Part shown: positions 61,394 to 64,000 of the stretch, piece by piece
How positions within the stretch are numbered: position 1 is the stretch's first letter
How the letters are laid out: each line of letters begins with the position of its first letter
Assembly: GCA_965203295.1 (NCBI GenBank)
Contig: CBDBCZ010000018.1
Span: 704,001-768,000, forward strand
Reading direction: 5' to 3'
DNA: 64,000 nucleotides
Source: Nitrospirales bacterium
GTDB taxonomy: Bacteria; Nitrospirota; Nitrospiria; Nitrospirales; UBA8639
The notes under the pieces: model-generated
Told to the model about the DNA's origin: nothing
What the model saw: only the letters and a program-made list of their open reading frames with translations
Databases searched by the model: none
Translations under genes and position numbers: made by a program

Positions 61394-64000
61394 GCGGTGT
61401 GGGCGCGCTGGGCAGTCTTTGCGGTTCCACTCAGCATAGACAGAGTTCTTACCACACTGTCTCCCTGGTTTTGTATATTAAGCAATCGTCTCTGTCTGCC
61501 ATTCCATTTAGTGAGTTGAATGTCAAGTACCACTTCTGACGGATGTACAGACATCTCAAGTGCTGAGAGCAACGGCCGCTGAATATAGTGGTACTGGTTC
61601 AGTAAACGCAACGAGGCCTGGACGACTGTTGTGCTGTCTACACTCTGCCACTTCACTCTCTTCTACTATAAAGCGCAAGGTAGAAAATACAGTAGCTACC
61701 GATAGATTTCTTTGGAGTGCGTTTTACTATAGCTAAGTTCTTGGGGGTCACTAGGCAACAGCTGGAAGCTGTAAAGCCAATTAAATTTATAGTAGTGCAG
61801 AACTTTTCTTGCATTGTATTTTACATACAAGTTAAAGCATCGCAGTGGGTGCACTATACGGGAAATATTTCACGAGGGCGTGGTCGAGGGACTACTCATA
61901 GATATAGCCTCACACACTTCTGAGGTTAGGCTATATTAGCCTCAAGACCACGCCCTTGTGCAATGCTTTCCGTGTTGCACGTAAGTGGTGCTTTAACTGG
62001 GTTAGTGTCATTTACTGAGTGATTGTATTGACGTCTGAGTACTGGTGGTTGAAGGCTTTTCTTCTTCATAAATCATTTAAAAATCAACGTAGAAAGCATA
62101 GCAAGCTACTCTTCTCTGTTCATAGCTATATAATTTTGTTGTGTTTATGTCAGTACACTGCAAGCTTGCCGGTAAAACCGTTTGTGCCTGAAATAGGACT
62201 GTTAGCCTCAGGCCTAGAAAAGAGAGCTTTGGCTCAAGGTTTGACTGGTAGCTAGCGTGTTGTACCCATTTGCTTGGAGAGCTTGTAACTGGTATTGCAA
62301 CCCTTTGCTAGCCGGTTTTTTCTTGCCTTGTTTTGCCTGATGCCTTTCGTGCATTTACCAATCTCTGCATCAACTGCAGCTGGCTGGCTTTGCTCCTTTC
62401 ATGCACCTTTGCTTCACCGTACTTTGTTTCAAATCATTGCTGTAAAGTACAGGTACATGTACATAAGCTGTACTTACTATAGTAGTGCACTTTCGTGTAT
62501 TCTGTTTACAGTTAATTGCAAATAGTTACCTATGACCTGTTCTTTATTTTGTACTTTCTGAAGATTGAGCACTGTGTGCACTTTAGTAAAAATAATATAC
62601 ACTTTGGTACTTTGATCTTGAACAGTGCTAGCTCCATACACTAAAGTGTAGCTAGCTATAGCTACCAAACTTAATTTTTAGGGTGTAAAAAGTATGATTT
62701 TAAAGCTTTAGTATTGATCTGGGATGCTATATATATTAGTTAAAGCACCACAGTGAGTGCAGCACAGAAATTATTCCACGTGGGGTGGGTCAAGAGGCAC
62801 ATACAGCACAGCGCCAAAGGCCAAGTGCTGTATGTGGCTTGAGACACGCCCTGAGTGCAATAATTTTTGTGCTGTACGAACGGATAAGGTGCGACAGAAG
62901 GATTCAAACTTTTTGTTGTACTACATGACTAGTGTACTAGTTACCGTCTTTATTCTAATTACAGAACTGCTCTAATAGAAGCACCAACAGTGGATTTTAT
63001 TTTTGTTCTAATTAAGAACAATCTTTATTTTTAGTGGTGCTTGACTAATTGGAACGAATATGACTGTAGCTACATGTATTTAGTAGCACAGGTAGTATCT
63101 ATGCTAGTAGCCACGGCATCAAATTCAAGTTCCAAGAGTAATGACGGTGTTGCAATGCATTCAATTTAGTATTACTTTGGAAATAATATCCTGTATCCTA
63201 AATGTCCATACTCAAATGTGCTACTGTTCATATCCAAAGGAGTGAAAGTCTCATCCGGAACGAGACGTCTATCCTAATGTATAGCGGAAGAATATTGAAG
63301 TGTTTCCACCCTAGTTTTGGCACTGATTACTCCCATAGTAAACCACTCACATTCGTTCTTTTTGTTAGGACCGCCCTAATATTATAGGAACTATTCTTAC
63401 TCATGAATACAAGAAATGTTCATACTCATGAAGTCTAAATGAGAGACCACTGATTTCCAGACTTCAATTATATTTTGGTGCCATAATTAGAAAAAAAGAC
63501 TTTAGCTACTAGATCGAGAGGACTCCATTTTGAGCGATGTGGGACAGCATGGTAAGCTGAGTTTCAGTGTTTTCGTGCGTGTGTTGACGTTGCCAGCGAA
63601 CCATTTTGTGTCAAAATGGCACTAGGCTCGAGATAGACGGTTGATTTCTAGCTGTTGGTCAGTCTGTTAGTCAGTCTTGCTACAGTTTTTTGAAGTGTTT
63701 ACCTGCTGTAGCTTCATGTGGCTCTTGATTCCTGTTGGCCGATTTAGCTTTTTTCTGTAGGGCTTATTGTGCAAATTGTGCCTTTCGAGCTTTTTTAGCT
63801 TTACTTCAAGAAGTACCAGCTCTTGCCAGAATGGCTTAGGTGATAATTAACTGCATTGCAGGGTGTATGACTCATTATCTAACTTGGGAAAAGTCATCTT
63901 ATGCTTGTGTAGCTAATGTTGTGCTTTACTACTACTGCTTCTTCCCTGAAAATTAATTTGAAACTGTGTAAGTGCTGATGTCCTGGAAATGTTATTATAA

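Overview
Eukaryotic, intron-rich animal genomic DNA. The phase-1 death-fold exons, the pmp-like repeat and the MITE families suggest a demosponge-like invertebrate; this is inference. The main content is a minus-strand cluster of candidate innate-immune or cell-death genes that I assembled by hand from GT-AG exons. Gene 1 (19023->2453) is Death-Death-(DED-like/TRADD-N-like)-TKL kinase, probably spliced to a terminal Kelch-propeller exon. Gene 2 (39806->29503) is an unknown alpha/beta domain, coiled coil, CARD-like domain and six homologous linker micro-exons, probably spliced to a second Kelch exon. Also present are a third, broken Kelch exon, two copies of a stop-terminated Death exon and a small predicted membrane-protein gene (54011->50029). 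Genes 1 and 2 share a duplicated 5' region and a duplicated Kelch end but have unrelated middles. The three Kelch copies differ mainly at predicted ligand-face loops. Mobile DNA includes a full-length young Copia element with an integrase D->N change, a two-gene IS630/Tc1-like (DD34E) element nested in another element, a Penelope-like GIY-YIG fragment and many MITEs. There are also many micro- and minisatellites and two pseudogene fragments (pmp-like repeat, ABCB-like). All gene models lack transcript support.
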